A DNA stretch of 64,000 nt from Eledone cirrhosa. Taxonomy: Eukaryota. How positions within the stretch are numbered: the stretch's first letter is position 1; the number at the start of each line of letters is the position of its first letter. The position numbers were made by a program, and so were the translations under genes. The notes under the pieces are model-generated. The model saw only the letters and a list, made by a program, of their open reading frames with translations, searched no databases and was not told the DNA's origin. Shown here one piece after another: positions 13,672 through 27,027 of the stretch. The stretch is taken from the NCBI GenBank assembly GCA_964016885.1, contig OZ024747.1:89714001-89778000 (forward strand), written 5' to 3'.

Positions 13672-14710
13672 AAACATCCGCATTCAAGTTATAAAACAAA
13701 ATATTCCGAATCTTCTGTTATATATTCCACAAACTGTGAACAATAAAATACTAACATTCACTCTTGAAACGAACTATTCTAAATTGTTATCTTTCTTACA
13801 TATAGAAAACTTCATTATCTTTAAATTAACTAGAAATGAAAGAAAGTGTAATCAGAGATAAACAAATATTTTATTTGTTGATAGTATCAAAGGTCCTAAT
13901 CGACAAAAATAAAAGTTTGTAATTTGAAAGTTTACTTTTATAGTAGTCACTGCTTACTTTTGGGTCCCAGATAAGGAAGTGGGGATAAGCAGTGGGTGTT
14001 GGACATTTGCTTAATTCTTATAAGTGAGGGTTTGGAATAAATGGTTGGTTGGGAAATCAGTAATGGTAAAGTGTATGTTCGTGTATATGGGATTTCTTGT
14101 AATGTTCTTTTTTTCTCATATATAAAACAAAATTATTATTAGATTCTCCAGCTTCTGTATAAATATGAATCACTTACAATAGAATTTCACTGGAGAAAGA
14201 TGGGGTTGGAATAAAAGTGGTGTGGGGGTGGTGGAAAACATCTGAAAAATTAATAAGATGGGGACAAATATTCAAGACCTGAGAGTATATGCACAAACAG
14301 GTTACAACACATCAATCTGTTATCAGTCCTTCTAAAAATAGAAAAAGAGTAACTATTTTTATTGTCAATTGCAAAGGTTTCCATCATCATCATCACAACC
14401 ACCACCACTATCACCATCACCACCACCACTACTATTACCTCCACCACCTCCACTATCATCATCATCATACACCCACTTTCCATGCTGGCTTGTGTCAAAC
14501 AGGTTTCATGGTCCAAGACTAGATGGCTTGTAGAACTATTTATCAATTTGTTTTTACCTTATTTCTAAGGTAAAAACAAAGACACCATACAATTTATACC
14601 TGGTTTTGAGCTCAGCTATGTAATTGTGGATAATTGTATCTTTTATATTTACCATAATTTATATATTCAGTCTTAGAGCTTGCTGGTCATGACCATCATG
14701 ATGATGATGA

Positions 14711-14982
14711 TAGACCTGCCAACTTCTAAAAATACAAACGGCGAGTACCATGAAAGAAGGTGCCTCAAAACGGGGAGAAATGAGGCAAAATGGGGAGATT
14801 TTACATAATTGTTTCTACTTTAGGCACAAGGCCAGCAATTATCCAGTGCATTACTGGTACTTTATTTTATCGACCCCGTAAGGAATGAAAGCTATACCCA
14901 TTTTCACAAGAGAAGACATCTCTCACCCACCCCAAAGTGGATGGGAGATTTCCCCATCGGACTGGGCGAGTTGACAGGTCTG
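14711..14982. mobile_element. hAT-like MITE interrupted by a minus-strand SINE C fragment (14806-14892)
   Basis: Termini TAGACCTGCCAACT / AGTTGACAGGTCTG with internal GGGAGA repeats. Confidence 0.6.
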
Positions 14983-15019
14983 TGGTGGTTGTTATGTGCC
15001 CAGATTTGATAGCCCTTTT

Positions 15020-15356
15020 TTCTCCTAGAAGTGTGGTAAATCTGGGATGCTACATGCTATGACACGCTCTCTAGCTCCAGCATTGTCAGTTTGGCCATAA
15101 ATCCGAGCACTGCTGACTGATATGTAAAGAAGTGAAAGATATCTGAATACTGGGACTAGGCTGACCTCTTTTTGTGTTGGTTGCCATTGAAACCTCTGGT
15201 GTCCTTGGTCCCCAGACTATTGTTTTCCTCTACAAAATCAGGAATACATCCCACTTAAGGAAGAAGCCCTGTCAGGGGAAATGGCTGATGCAGCAGGTAT
15301 TGCTGGCTGTTTTCCATGGCCGTACTTTGTCATTTTGTCTGTGGGGTGCAATTTAG
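15020..15356 (+). mobile_element. Degenerate non-LTR retrotransposon 3' end, restriction-like endonuclease domain (CRE-like)
   Basis: WDATCYDT and VAIETSGVLGP motifs across frameshifts; homologous to 48495-48820. Confidence 0.6.
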
Positions 15357-17645
15357 ATATTCTATCTAACCAGGAGAGTATAGTATGCTCTTCCCTTCTT
15401 CTCTCCCTTTTTCATTAACATTTTTCTCTCCCTCCCTGTGTATTATGTGAAATAAAGAAATATATCATCATCACCACCACCATCATCATTTAACGTCCAT
15501 CTTCCATGCTAGCATGGGTTAGACGGTTTTGTTCCATTTGATGTGGGATTGGTCGGAAAACCGTGTCTCGCTCATAAGAAAGTGTCTCTGGCAGGTTTTC
15601 TATGGCTGGATGCCCTTCCTAACACCAACCACTTTTACATAAATATATATAAACTGAACCTATATTAGGAGGATTAAACACACTTTCATTAATAAAAAGA
15701 AGCAAAATATTTTCTTTTTTCTTTTTAATTGCTCAATATTTATAAAAACAAACATTTAATATCTGCAATATTTAATATTAGGCATTAACATAGATAATGG
15801 ATGTTAAGTGGAGGTGATGGTGATGATGATGGATCTTTGATATTCAATAATGTATAAATGAAAATTATAGAAATCTATATGTAAAATTAAATATATATAT
15901 AAGAGAAACTGCCCAATGTAATCGTTCATTCGGAAAAAAAAAATAAAGTGGGATAAGCTGTTATATTTGTTAGAAAAAGAAAAATGTATTTATTTACATA
16001 GCATCTTTCATTTCTTCAGCATTAGATTTTAATGTTCTTTGTTAAACATGAAAATATATCTCTTTAATTGTAAGTTGCTCTAAGTAATTAACATAGAAAA
16101 ATAGTAGTTTTGACTACTCATATGTTTTAAAACATTTTATGTAATTATTACACAGTTCAAGTATTATCCATTTCCTTAAAAACTATTTAGGCTGATTGGA
16201 TATTAAAATGTAAAATAGTTTTGTGACAATGTATATTTTTATAAAATACATTTAGACTATTTTGAAAATTCATGTCTTGTTATTTATGCAATATCTCTTT
16301 ATTCTTTACATAAAAAAATAATTCTAAAATGAAATTAAAATAAATAAAATTAAAGCTCTTTAAATATTTTTGAGTTTTCTTCTTCTTAGGTTAAAAGAAC
16401 TTATGTATGATAAATGAAATTCACTTACAAAACATTATTAATTTATAAAATTTTGGTTAATGACACTTAGCAGAACAAAAAATATATTTATTTTGGCATA
16501 AAACAAATTATTTGGAAAATTTTAGAAAATTTTGCATATCGATTAACAACCTTAAAAGAAACTAAACAGAAAATCAAATTGGAAATTATTATGGTTAGAG
16601 AATTTAGTAGATAACTCATCATCTTTATTTTTTTATCAAGATATACTTGAAGCTATTAACTATTAATGTAGAAGTTATGTTTTAATCTTCTCATGGGCAA
16701 AAAATGAGAGAACCTGCTGTATGTCTATGAAACATATACATGTACACCAGGAACCAAAGTTCCACCGAATTTGAAGGGATTTAGTAACATAATAAATGTT
16801 CTCATTATTAAGTCAGTGTTTGGAACATAAACTCAACAGAGGTAAAATTATCATGAAGGTTTTTTAGATGAATTTAAACATTTTGACAGACTGCTTTGTA
16901 TCATAGAACCAGAGAAGAGTTTATAAATGGCTGAAAGCAAATCTAGAACAGGTTTAATCTGTGTGATACCATTCTGCCTGGCACTGTTTCTTTTAAAGTG
17001 TTCATATCTAGTTTAAAAACCTTTCATCACAGTTTTATTTAAGAATCTTCTGTTAAGCTATGTTCCTAAAGCAAGTTTAATAATGGAAGAAGTTAGTTAT
17101 TTTACTAAATCCCTCTAATTCTTGATGTTTGTAAAAAAAGAATTGAAAGATACTGATTGTGTATTTCATTAGAAATATGATGAGGAACTAGTTAAAGTTT
17201 TTAAAATTTCTATAATATTGCTGGCTACTTGCTAAATATCTAAAACATCTGGTTATACCAACATTTTCCTTTTTCCAATGTAATTTTTGTAAAGGTTCTA
17301 TATCATAGATTTTGTGCAATACTTCATGTGTGAAATTAAATTATTCGAAATGCCTATTTCATTGCATGTGTATTTAAAATTGATTAACATTAAATAATTT
17401 GAGATTTCAATTGTATTGACATTACTTCTCTATTCTACTCTCCTCTTAAAGGAAAATGTCAATGTTCTATTAGTGTGGTCTTTATTGATAGTTAAAACTT
17501 AATGATCCATTACAGAATTAGCACTAAAAACTATACACTTCTGAATTAGTTTTCATCAAGAAATTATCAAGAGCTATATTTTACTAGTTTGGAAATATAA
17601 TTCCAATTTCCCTGAAAAATCTATTACATATTAATACCAGAGCAT

Positions 17646-17698
<53 letters not shown>

Positions 17699-19085
17699 TC
17701 ACTATTTTAAAATGTTATTTTTCTTTTTACTAAGTGGTAGTCAGAAAATAGTTTCACAGCAAAAGGTATATGTTTGGAAATATTTCAAATGTGTAATTAG
17801 AAGATTCAAACAGTTTATTTTCAATTACATAAAGCAACCATCTTTCTTCATATTTTACTTGTAGACATTTAATAACTACAAGTTCTTAAATTTACTGGAT
17901 AAACTAAAATTACTTGTTTAATCAGATTAGAGCAAGAAAGAAAAATGAAAAGACATGAAGAAATTCTGCAGTCAATTTTCAAATGACAAATGGATATTAA
18001 ACTTTTTTGATAACAATGTTTCGGTATTTCCATTTAATTATATGTTATTTTAAGAATACTTACTGATATTGCTTCATTTAATTTTTGTAACTTTGTAATT
18101 TCTTTATTTTTCTTTTCCTTTTTAAAATCGATTATTACAATTATTAAGTTTTTAAAGATATTTTTTTCTCAATGATTATTCTTAATAGTTTTACCCATGT
18201 TACGTTTGCAGAAATTTATCATTATCATTTATGAGATATGACTGAAATGACTTCTTTTTCTAGTAAATCGCTTGTTTTATAGGTAAAATAATCATGCCAA
18301 CATCAAAATAGTTTCATTGTTTGAAATAATTTTCTTTGGAACCAACTCAATATCTTATTTCCTAAATTCATTTCTATCTCTTAGATAGATGAAATATGCA
18401 AAATTTTGATCTGATTAAGAAGAAAGATAAATCTAAAACATTTTATTTATAATTTATCATTAGAAAATTTGAAGAAGTTACTTTTATGAAAATGTTTCAT
18501 TTCTAAAGATGAGAGATAATATGTTGCAATATTTTTCATGTTTTATACCTCGTATTAATGACTGGAGATAAATGAAAATCAAATAAGAAAATTTGTTTAA
18601 AATTTTACACTTTTCATATTACAGTTTTTAATCAGTTTAATAGCTTCATTTATATTTTTGTTTTTATAAAAATGTTTGAAATTTTTAACATCTGAGTCAA
18701 TATTTCAGTGTATCATCTTTTGTATTTATATAAATAAGAAGCTGACACTTCAAGAAATGAAATAAAATTAAAACTATTCTAATTGAAATAAATTCAGACT
18801 TGGTTTGTCGCAATCATATCTTTGATTTTAACTTTGTAATTGACTTTAAAATAGATTTATATGCTTCTTATTGTTTCCTACTATACTAGTTGATTCTCGG
18901 TACACTACGACTAAACTTTTTCAGAGGTTTACAACTGTTATAATATATATTAATGTTAGTTATATTGATGTATGATTACCAAGAGGTAACAGCTGAGTTC
19001 AAGTGATCGAAGAAATAAGTTGTAAAACAGATATCATGTATTCCTAGCAAAAGAAATATTTTAGTGACTAACATATTATGAAAAT

Positions 19086-19760
19086 CATCATCGTCATTTT
19101 ACACCAGCTTTTCTATGTTTACATGAGTTGGTTGAGTCTTTTCCAGCTCAACACCCCTAAACTTAACATGGCTCCACATCATCTCCTTTACAAGCTTCAG
19201 CAATTTGATAGTTCTCATAACCTTTGACCAGGTTTTCCTAGGTATCCTTCTACTGCAGCTACTTTCCACTGGGATTTCTTGGCACTCCTTCACCCAATGA
19301 TGATCATCCATACACATGACATGACCATTCAGTTGCAGTCTTCTCTCCTGTGTTCTTCATCTGCTTCTTCTTATACCCAGTTATCCTTCAGCACATCCAT
19401 CCTTTGTTATTTATACATATTAAAATTACACCTCCTTTGGAGAAGGCTTGCTTCATTTCTCTCTAGCCTTCACATATTCTCTGCATTCACTGCCCATGTC
19501 TCACTACCATGCCACATCTTAGAACCAGCCTTTCATTCATAATCTTTTGTTTTCAACAGCTCCATTATTCTAGCTGCTATGTTATCAGCGCAGCCTTCTA
19601 CACTGCTAATTAGGTTACTCAAGCTATCAATCACTTCTGTGGGTCCTTCCTGGGATTGCAAAAAGTTTATTTAACTTATGCTCTTACTAGTAACTATCCA
19701 TGTGCTTCTGCTATATACAAAGTCTACCTTTTCTGTTAGTCTGTCTAACCCTAACCCTTT
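19086..19760 (-). mobile_element. Degenerate RTE-clade LINE 3' region
   Basis: WVKECQEIPVESSCSRRIPRKTW translation and a GAT tail at ~19086; same family as 54500-54740. Confidence 0.75.
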
Positions 19761-19799
19761 TGTGTACCCAAGAATGAATTGAAAAACTTAGAGTAGGAA

Positions 19800-20213
19800 G
19801 TTGGATTGGCAGTATCGGTAGAGAGTCGGATGCCATGCTTTGCAGCATAGACTTATGGCCCTTTATGATCTGAGTTTCAATCCCACCGAGGTTAATTTCT
19901 AATCCTTACGGGGTCGATAAAATACAGTACCAGTCACACACTGGGATCGATTTAATCGACTTTCCCCTCCCCCTCCCCCAAAATTGCTGGCCTTATGCCT
20001 ATATAAGCAACCATTAATTGTACTAGAGAGTGGTGAATTGGCAGTATTGGGATAGGGTCAGACATGCTTTCCAGCGTAGTTATGTCCCTTTACGATCTGA
20101 GTTCAAATCCCACTGAGGTTAACTTTGCCTTTCATCCTTATGGGGTTGATAAAATAAAGTACCAGTAATGTACTGGTAATTGCTGGCCCTGTGCCAAAAG
20201 TAGAAACAATTAT
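19800..20213 (+). mobile_element. SINE family C tandem pair (long form plus short form)
   Basis: Two units with A/B boxes and the family C body. Confidence 0.85.
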
Positions 20214-21167
20214 TTGTACTAGAGAGTATTTTGATTAAAATATCTACTTTGGAATAAAGTAAAACTGGTTTATAAGTTCAAGTCAAATAGAAATGAAATA
20301 AGAAACAGCTTTGCTTACCTATTTGAACCTGAACATCATAAAAGACAGTTTAGGATAATGAGCAGTTTAGACCAATATCAAAAGAGAGCCAAGACGTTAT
20401 TTTAGGATTATGAATTATGCTAAAAACATATTGAACTTCTACTTTAGTTACAACTGTATAAAATAAAGAAACCTTTTGAAATGAACAAAATATATTTGTC
20501 ATTGAATATTTTAAAATACATGTTTCATAAACTCTACATACAAATGGACTTGGTTGCTTCTGACTGGACCTAGTGAAAGGAGTGCTTGTGGACACTCCCC
20601 CCATGACCCTCCCATAAATAAGCAGCCAAAGAAAAAGAAAAGATAGAGAAAAAATATTAATGTTTAAAAATATTCTTATAAATTTATTATTATTTAATTT
20701 TCCTGATGATTTCATATTTCCACTGCATTTACGTCCACCACCACCACCACTACCACCACCAGCAGCACCACCTCCATTACCATCACCACTTCCATTACCA
20801 CTGCCGCTACCACCACTACCATCATGATCATCTTTACACACAATTATGCTATGGATGAGTTCAATTGTGTGATCCGATTATTGATTTCTCTGTAACTGAT
20901 TGTTTCTTCGAGGTAAACCCAACTGTATTCCCTAATTGTAAATTGACGTTGATAAACTTGATTTTAAGAATCATGAAATAATTTGCTACAGTAAATTCTG
21001 TTTCAAAAGGATAATTATGGTGTTATGTGTAGCTAACCAAATATAAATAAAAACTAAATATTGAATCAAAGCATAGAAAGGTGTTATAATGATGTCTTCA
21101 ATAAATTTATGTCTGATTTAGAGAAGCTGTGTGATTCATATTTAGAAAATTATGATAACTTTCTCTT

Positions 21168-21492
21168 GTGGATTGGCAGTATCGGTAGAGGGTCGGGCGC
21201 CATGCTTTGACACATAGAGTTATGGCCCTTGCCATTCTGAGTTCAAATCCAGCTGAGGTTAACTTTGCCTTTCATCCTTACGGGGTCGACAAAAATAAAG
21301 TCCCAGTAATGCACTGGGTAATTGCTGGCCTTGTGCCAAAAGTAGAAACAATTATATTATGACAGGGTGGTGGATTGGCAGTGTCGGTAGTACATTGGAC
21401 ACCATGCTTTGTGGCTTAGAGTTACGGCACTTTACGTTCTGAATTCAAATCTAGCCGGGGTTAGATTTGCCTTTCTTCCTTATGGGGTCGAT
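21168..21492 (+). mobile_element. SINE family C tandem pair (second copy 3'-truncated)
   Basis: Two tRNA-like heads at ~21168 and ~21364. Confidence 0.85.
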
Positions 21493-22787
21493 TCATGCTC
21501 ACATCTCCTTCCCCAGCTAAGGACACAATAATTGCACTAGTGTTAATGCCACACTGAAATACACCCTGTGCACGCAGCAAGTGTGGTGCTGGTATCATGC
21601 TACAATTCACCTAGTCTGCTCTGTAAAATGATAGTGTTGGTGCCATGGTAAAATATACCCAGTACACAGTGTAAAGGGTTTGGCATTTAGAAGAGTATCG
21701 TATCCAGCTGTAGAAACTAAGCCAAACTGGAATGTATGTCCAAGATGGGGTTATCAGACCTGTCTAGTCTCAGGATGTGACAACCTGTCCAACCCATGCC
21801 AGCATTGAAAATGGATATAAAACAGTGATGATGATGAAAATGTATTGTTCCGTAGTACTGGTGTGTGTTGACTAAGAAAACCCATATACAGCATGCATGG
21901 AGTCAGTTCAATGACTGAGTTTCGTCTACTGATCAAACACTTAAAATATGCTGTCTTTTGACTGATTGAGGACTACACTGTACACCCAAATAGCAGTTTA
22001 TGTTATGGGGTACACTGTAGTAGCCTGTACACATTGCAAGTTTTCCCAGCCTTATATTTTTAAATGTTACTATTGCTATTTCAATGCATATAAAACTATA
22101 TTTAAAAAATAGCTGATGTTTCTATTTTCAAATAAGTGTTTATCATTTTTAGAATGCTTTTTTTTTTCCGCTGTTCGGCTAAACATTCCCTTAAGAAATA
22201 ACATAAATTAAGTTGCTAACTCTACATAGAATATAACACATTTAGAGTCTGTACCTTCCCAGAAAGTGTACTGCCAATATCTTTTTTCCCTTCACGTTTT
22301 ACATCTCTGTCTATCTCTATAGTTTTTTACCCATCTCCACAAAATATGTACACTGCCTTCATATGTAAACAACATCAGAGTCATCTCACTGCTTTCAGTA
22401 ATTTCCCAAACATCTGCTCAACTACTTACATTCTAAATCAACCACAGAGAAACCTGTCTACAAGAAAACAGGTTAAAAGTAACACCTAACAAATTAACCA
22501 TCATTATCATCAACAACACAAATAAGTTCAATCTTTCATCATTGTTAACTCAGACATCCCCCCACCAAAACAAAAGTAAGAAAATAGGGTAACTATCTTA
22601 GAATATATCTCTGGTATAAAACCTCTTCTTTATAGCAACACCAAAACTCATGTAATACAGCCAACCATCTCACTCAACAATATAAACATATTACATATAC
22701 ATAAACTGAACATAAATAATATGAACTACCTATAACACCTCCACAACATTCACAGAATTCATAGAAGACAAAAACAAACAACTAATA

Positions 22788-22949
22788 CAGTCATGGGCAA
22801 AGTGAGGCCTGTAGGCCACATGCAGCCTGTTTGATTTTCTGAATGGCACGCCTAATTTCAAAATTGCCTTGAATTTGTTAAATGTGTGGCATGCTTTAAG
22901 ATGAGCCACATCTTCTGTATCTCACTGCTTGAAAAGGTTGCCAGGCCTG
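22788..22949. mobile_element. hAT (Charlie-like) MITE
   Basis: CAGTCATGGGCAAA ... AGGTTGCCAGGCCTG termini and a decayed 8-bp target duplication AACTAATA / AACTAAAG. Confidence 0.6.
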
Positions 22950-23266
22950 AACTAAAGCATGAAAATATAGGGTAACATTAAACATTTTGATACCAAACTG
23001 CCTCTAACTGCCCGTGGTTCTATAGTACTAAACTATTTATTTTAAAGTGTTTATATTTATATAAGAACATTCCATTATAATTTTATGTAAGATCCTTTAT
23101 TAAGTTTCAATTCCACTGACATCTTGAGCACGTGTCATTTACATTAGTCTTGGTTTGAGCCATGCCATATGAATGATACTGTTTGGAAGCTCAGTGGTTG
23201 GACATACCTGTAATTCAGCCATATCACACACAATGTCATGAGGAATCCCATTGAGATTTACTTTAA

Positions 23267-23419
23267 CCCTTTAGTTACTCTATAATATCAAATCTACGAG
23301 ATTTTTGATGTTTTTTATTTTAACAATAGCTTAACATAAGTATAAGCAGTCATACTTATGTTGAACACAAAGAGGTGAGAGAATTCTTGCTGGATATGAC
23401 TGGTTTAAATGCTAAAGGA
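23267..23419. mobile_element. TTAA MITE nested in an old SINE family B copy
   Basis: TTAA-CCCTTTAG...CTAAAGGA-TTAA; the flanks rejoin to the family B body. Confidence 0.7.
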
Positions 23420-23521
23420 TTAAGGGTATATATATATCTGTGGAATGTTGAGTCCCTTACATATTAATTTTGATGAGCAAGCTATTCTGTTTATCAAACA
23501 ACTGGAATAATATTTGTTTAA

Positions 23522-23739
23522 CCCTTTAGCATTTAAACTGGCTATATCTGGCCAGAATTCTCTCACCTCTTTCTGCTCAAACTAGCCATAACTGGCTGCT
23601 CATACTTATGTTAAGGTATCGTTCTCAAAATAAATATCAAAATCTTATAGATTCGATATTATGTGAAATAATTATGTGAAATAAAGTGTTTACCATGAAA
23701 ATACAATAGTAAATATAGAGTAATGTAAATGAGAAAGGG
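23522..23739. mobile_element. TTAA MITE, full length
   Basis: TTAA-CCCTTTAGCATTTA...TAAATGAGAAAGGG-TTAA; colinear with 2263-2468. Confidence 0.85.
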
Positions 23740-25649
23740 TTAAACCAACAGAAGAACATTCCATCCCAGTGGATATGATTTGAGATGCTTGTCTTGTTGA
23801 TAAAGATTAAATGTTGGAAACATCAGTAATTGTATGAAATTATCCAACACTTTTTCTGACCTGTAAGAAAGTATGAGAAAGTGATTTATAAAGTAGAGAT
23901 ACTTTTAGATTAGCTTGTGATATGGTGTTTAGATTCATCAAACAAGGGTTTTCATTTTTCTAGAGCCACAGTAAAATGCATTCTGTTCACACTATAAAAC
24001 GGTAGTGTTGGTGCCATGATAAAGAGCACCCAGTCCACTCTGTCGAATGATAGTGAAGGAGCCATGATAAAATGTGTCTGGTACATTCTGTGAAATGATT
24101 GGTGTTAGGAAGGGCATCCAGCCATAAGAAACCATGCCAAAATAGAACGTATGAGCGAGATGCAGTCACCTGACCGGTCTTGTTTAAGAATGTGACAAAC
24201 ATGGAAAATAAATGTAAAATAACAATGATGATGATGATGATTATGATGGTGATAATGATGTACTTCTGTTTGTTTAGTTACTGTTAAGAAAGTTTTTCAA
24301 CTTTGTTTCTTAATTATATGCCAGACTCTACTGATTAAGATGGTGTAATTATCATGTTTGGAGTTATAGTCTGTATGTTCCTTTTAGGTTTGATATAGTG
24401 TTTTTCTCTAAATGAGTTATTTAAATTTTATGGTGCATTTTTTTAAGAAGCTCATACAGTAAAACCACTTCAAACATCAAATTAAATTTATATTTTAATA
24501 TAAAATATGTATGTGTTATTTTATGAATTTAGTGTAAAACTATTATATTTAAAAACATAATAAATTTTCAATGCATTGAATTAAATATAGAATTTTTATT
24601 CTTAATTTTAAGACTGTTTGAAGTAATTTAAGATGTAAAAAGGAAAGTAAATTAAAGAGATTGTAAAAGTATTATGTTAATTTCAGTTCATCAAACTAAT
24701 ATATCTAAGTGATGAATCAAATTAATGACTCAATACCTAAATATAATCAATGAAATCAAACTGATCCAGACAAAGAAACTTTCATTGAAACAATGATATT
24801 TTTTAGACTGACTTGCAATTCAAATAAGTTTCATATGTGACCATGCACATACAAGCTATATTTTAATGCAAGTGATCTTCTATTTTTCATTTGTTAATTA
24901 TATCAGAATTGTATTTTTAAAAGTTATTATTACTATTTCCATGCATATAAAAGCTATATAAAAAACAAAGATGTTTCTATTTTTTTTAATAAATATTTAT
25001 CATTTCTAGAATGCTTGTTTTTCCTTACAACTGATTATCACAATAATTTATCTATTTATCTTTTATCAAGCAATTCCTTTTGATCAAAATACATGTTGAG
25101 ATTTAAAAAAAAAAATGTTTTTGAAATCATGAAGTGTAGTTATATGTGCATATTCATGAAGAAGTATACTTAAAAATGAAATTCCAGAACACAATCCTCT
25201 CTTTAAAATTCTGCTATGGCTAATAACAAAAGAACTTATCAATAAGTGTTACTATATTTCCAAATTATATCTATATATGAAATAAAAATGCTTGTTTAAA
25301 AAGGCTGCACTGTAAAATATATCCCTTCTCACCATATATCTCTTCCTATAAATTTACAAAGCTGTATGTCGGTTCCAAGTTGTAGGCCACATAGTTTTGC
25401 ACTCTGGTAGATAACATTTTTCACATAGTACATCTTTTTAAAGAGAATGTCATAGTGTAACATTTTCTAAAGTTTCTTCGTTTTAGCTTCTGAAAGAAAA
25501 AAACTAAGAATATTCAATATCCCAAAATACTTCAACAGACATTGGAATATGTAAGAAATTAAAAATATGTTTCATTTAAAGTAATTACATATTTTAGAAA
25601 AGTTTTATATGACCCTTCAGATCATATAAAACTTTATTACTTGATAGAG

Positions 25650-25960
25650 TGCATAGCTTGGAGATCAGTCCCTCCAGGTAGAACCAATACTTCTCCGAAT
25701 TGAGAGATTACAGCTACAATACTATGGGTATGTAGTTAGAATGACTCAGGAAAGAATTACTGGACAGATATTACAGGCAAAAATAACCAGCAGGAGACCA
25801 AGAGCAAGAGAGTTGGATAACATCCATGAGCTTGGCTGGTCTCGCTTGGGGATCCAGTTGGATCAGTTGAAGAGGGTTGCTTCTAACAGCAGCTGTTGGA
25901 AGGAGTGTTTGAGGACACTTGCCTCACAACCCTGTCAGAAATAGTGAGCAAAAAAGAAGC
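25650..25960 (+). mobile_element. RTE-clade LINE 3' fragment
   Basis: YYGYVVRMTQERITGQILQAKITSRRPR; same family as 35820-36310. Confidence 0.7.
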
Positions 25961-26202
25961 TTTATATTCAAGCTTTATAATCATATTTTGCTGGATTAAA
26001 ATATTTTTGGTTTAGTGTTAATTTTATGTATTTATACTTTTTGTTTTGCTTTGCTTGAATACAATAATGCTGAAAGTTCTCGCCCTCTTATGAAAACAAT
26101 ATATTCAAAATATAATAACTTCATGTGCAGATGTTTAATATAAGTATTAATAAACTTGAGAAAGATCAGTACAGTTGCTAGTATATATGTGCTGTAATAT
26201 AT

Positions 26203-26234
<32 letters not shown>

Positions 26235-26237
<3 letters not shown>

Positions 26238-26306
26238 TTATTAAAATAACAGATTAAAGTTTAAGCAAAGAATCGGTGCTTTCACCCTTAACGGGATCTT
26301 CTGAAA
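26235..26306 (-). mobile_element. Solo 70-bp 3' end of the Penelope-like terminal repeat
   Basis: Near-identical to 26938-27009 and embedded in a (TA)n run. Confidence 0.85.
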
Positions 26307-26459
26307 GTAACCTATATGTATATATATATAGATATACACATATACATATGTGTGTGTGTGTGTATGCATAGTGTCCCCCAAAAATGTATACACACTTTGA
26401 TTACCTGTACAGGCAATATTTATTAGAATGCTGTTGAAGTGTGTATATATGTGTGTGTG

Positions 26460-26463
26460 TTTG

Positions 26464-26498
<35 letters not shown>

Positions 26499-26706
26499 TA
26501 GCGTGGAAGAACGGACGTAAAACGGTGATGATGAATATATATATATATATAATATATATATATATATATAATATATATGTATATATATATATATAATATA
26601 TATATATATAATATATATATATATATATAATATATATATATATAATATATATATATATAATATATATAATATATATATATATAATATATATATATATATA
26701 TAATAT

Positions 26707-26759
<53 letters not shown>

Positions 26760-26860
26760 ATATATATATATATATATAATATATATATATATATATAATA
26801 TATATATATATATATAATATATATATATAATATATATATATATATATAATAGTTATAATA
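26460..26860. repeat. Long (TA)n array punctuated by AA
   Basis: Directly visible; contains a 34-bp retroelement tail at 26501-26534. Confidence 0.95.
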
Positions 26861-26952
26861 ATAAATTTGAAGACTAAAATCCAAAGAGGGCTTGATAAGG
26901 ATAAATATATATCAAATATATAAGAACCGTAGAGCAAATATTTATTAAAATA

Positions 26953-27027
26953 ACAGATTAAAGTTTAAGCAAAGAATCGCTGCTTTCACCCTAACGGGAT
27001 CTTCTGAAACTAACAAAGTCAATCTGT
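26953..27027 (-). ncRNA. Type I hammerhead ribozyme-like motif with variant core
   Basis: ACAGATTGA..AGTTT-CAGAAGA-TCCC GTTA GGGT-GAA-AGCA GCGATTCTT TGCT-T-AAACT-TTAATCTGT: stems I, II and III all pair, and AATAAA lies just downstream. Confidence 0.65.

Noticed and set aside
20350-20841. 163-aa ORF with Gly-rich N-terminus
   Set aside because: The Gly run comes from a degenerate (GGT)n microsatellite; the rest is AT-rich with no motif or convincing splice context.
22300-22780. A/C-rich stretch possibly from an old retroelement
   Set aside because: No reliable motif could be recovered by eye.
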